Source of the DNA: Candidatus Nanosyncoccus sp.
GTDB taxonomy: Bacteria; Patescibacteriota; Saccharimonadia; Saccharimonadales; Saccharimonadaceae
NCBI GenBank assembly: GCA_045603565.1
Contig: JAZUML010000003.1
Span: 13,818-77,817, forward strand
DNA: 64,000 nt
Direction of reading: 5' to 3'
The position numbers and the translations under genes are program-made. Positions 63,939-64,000 of this stretch are shown piece after piece. Every line of letters starts with the position of its first letter. The stretch's first letter is position 1. Under the pieces are notes generated by a model. That model saw only the letters and a program-made list of their open reading frames with translations, did not search any database and was not told the origin of the DNA.

Positions 63939-64000
63939 CCATATATTTATTATATCACAATATTAAAACTGCATTAAGATGATGCCACAAACTACAAGGA

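Noticed and set aside
1-64000. CRISPR array, transposase, DGR reverse transcriptase, group I/II intron ORF, or stop-codon reassignment
   Set aside because: No regularly spaced repeats or such proteins were seen; TGA terminates ftsK, dnaG and others normally

Overview
A 64-kb chromosomal segment of a small-genome bacterium, most likely Saccharibacteria (TM7, Patescibacteria/CPR). This is inferred from the pilM-N-O-B-T-C-pilin-pilD type IV pilus block, the VirB2-like pilin, the compact rpsF-ssb-rpsR-efp run, the short RpoD and a giant FISUMP/Listeria-Bacteroides-repeat surface protein. Genes read cleanly in the standard code. Most of the window is housekeeping genes (tsaD, rlmH, ftsK, xer recombinase, ndk, argS, orn, mscL, dnaG, rpoD, polA, mutM, holA, rpsT, rpsU, adk, map, ftsA, rnhA, rnj, trxB) plus six tRNAs (Gln, Arg, Gly, Asp, Leu, Cys). 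The strongest unexplained signal is a set of eight 79-149 bp GC-rich palindromic elements in at least three families. Four sit in frame inside conserved proteins (TsaD, a TlyA-like methylase, a DAG-kinase-family protein, PolA) and four sit just upstream of extended -10 boxes. Their cores are homologous and show compensatory base changes, but in families A and C the 17-26 bp closing stems are unique to each locus and sometimes include host stop codons. Four tRNAs carry a related oddity: a trailer with an antisense and/or a second sense copy of their own 3' end. Other notable items are a miniature ATP-cone plus NrdD glycyl-radical-peptide protein behind tandem NrdR-like boxes, a strand-composition (GC skew) switch inside the 5.9-kb surface-protein gene, pervasive leaderless promoter geometry, an SGNH+NlpC/P60+CHAP wall hydrolase and an internally deleted TrxB. 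No CRISPR array or transposase was seen. All calls are by eye; no searches were run.
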